Source of the DNA: Phoronis australis
Lineage: Eukaryota > Animalia > Phoronida
Direction of reading: 5' to 3'
Assembly (NCBI GenBank): GCA_002633005.1
Contig: NMRA01000274.1
Coordinates: 281,741-345,740, forward strand
Length of the DNA: 64,000 nucleotides
This document shows, piece by piece, positions 63,437 through 64,000 of this stretch (positions are counted from its first letter, which is position 1; each line of letters opens with the position of its first letter). Both the position numbers and the translations under genes were made by a program. The notes under the pieces were generated by a model. The model did no database searches. It was not told the origin of the DNA and worked only from the letters and a program-made list of their open reading frames with translations.

Positions 63437-64000
63437 CTTCCAACTCGAACAAATACTCCCGTTATAAAACTTTTTCTTCGAGCAGTCCGTATTTCAGTTC
63501 CCAAAATCGTGAAATCAAAATTTTCATTTTTTTAACCAGGCCGAAGGTCAGAAGTTGCGATCCTATTGGCAAACTTTGAAAGCTGAAGTTCCCGCCCTTT
63601 GCGTACGTGCTGCCTGGAACCAGCCGTGCATTTGCCGTGTTGTTAAACATTAAAATGTCAAATATGTGCACAAAGACTTTTAAATGTCATATCAACAGCA
63701 TTTATTTTTATCAAATACAAACAATAATTCATTGAAATACAAACAGTTTCAAGTAACGCCAATTAAAGACAAGTATAAGTGGTGGCATTTTGGAAACGAA
63801 CATTTGACTGACAAGACCGCAATGGCTCACCTTTGGCCTATTTAAAAATTATTGAGGTTATGAAGTCACATCACCTAGCGAGCGCGGTAAAAGTTGGAGC
63901 GTGCGCAGTACAAAAATTTTGATTTCACGATTTTGGGAACTGAAATAGGGACTGCTCGAAGAAAAAGTTTCATAACGGGAGTATTTGTTCGAGTTGGAAG
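63437..64000. mobile_element. Inverted-repeat element running off the right edge (likely in the upstream NATD1 intron)
   Basis: 63437-63525 (CTTCCAACTCGAACAAATACTCCCGTTAT..AAAATCGTGAAATCAAAATTTT) is the near-perfect reverse complement of 63913-64000. Confidence 0.8.

Overview
AT-rich, intron-rich animal genomic DNA, probably from an invertebrate; the taxon cannot be determined from the sequence. Four host protein genes can be reconstructed by hand. (1) An intronless single-cysteine-cluster Toll-like receptor (3443-5974, +). (2) AP-4 complex subunit epsilon (AP4E1, -), with 16 traceable coding exons from 30673 down to 9182, a U12-type AT-AC minor intron, and no recognisable hinge/ear exons in the window. 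(3) A two-pore-domain K+ channel (-, 49901-40312). (4) The last two coding exons of NATD1 (-, 62530-60541). A tRNA-Ser(GCT) sits head-to-head with AP4E1. Mobile DNA includes an uninterrupted but 5'-truncated HERO-like REL-endonuclease non-LTR retrotransposon in AP4E1 intron 2, a Kolobok-like TTAA element whose ~310-bp TIRs carry the start of a THAP ORF, a tRNA-derived SINE, LINE fragments and several MITE/foldback families. The most notable oddities are the AT-AC intron, a 56-bp triplication of the AP4E1 exon 3 acceptor next to the retroelement, the TLR flanked by diverged direct repeats and possibly nested antisense in AP4E1, and the convergent TIR-borne ORF starts of the Kolobok-like element. 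All exon models come from manual translation and splice-site inspection, with homologue comparisons made from memory and no database searches. I see no clear evidence of a wholly new system.
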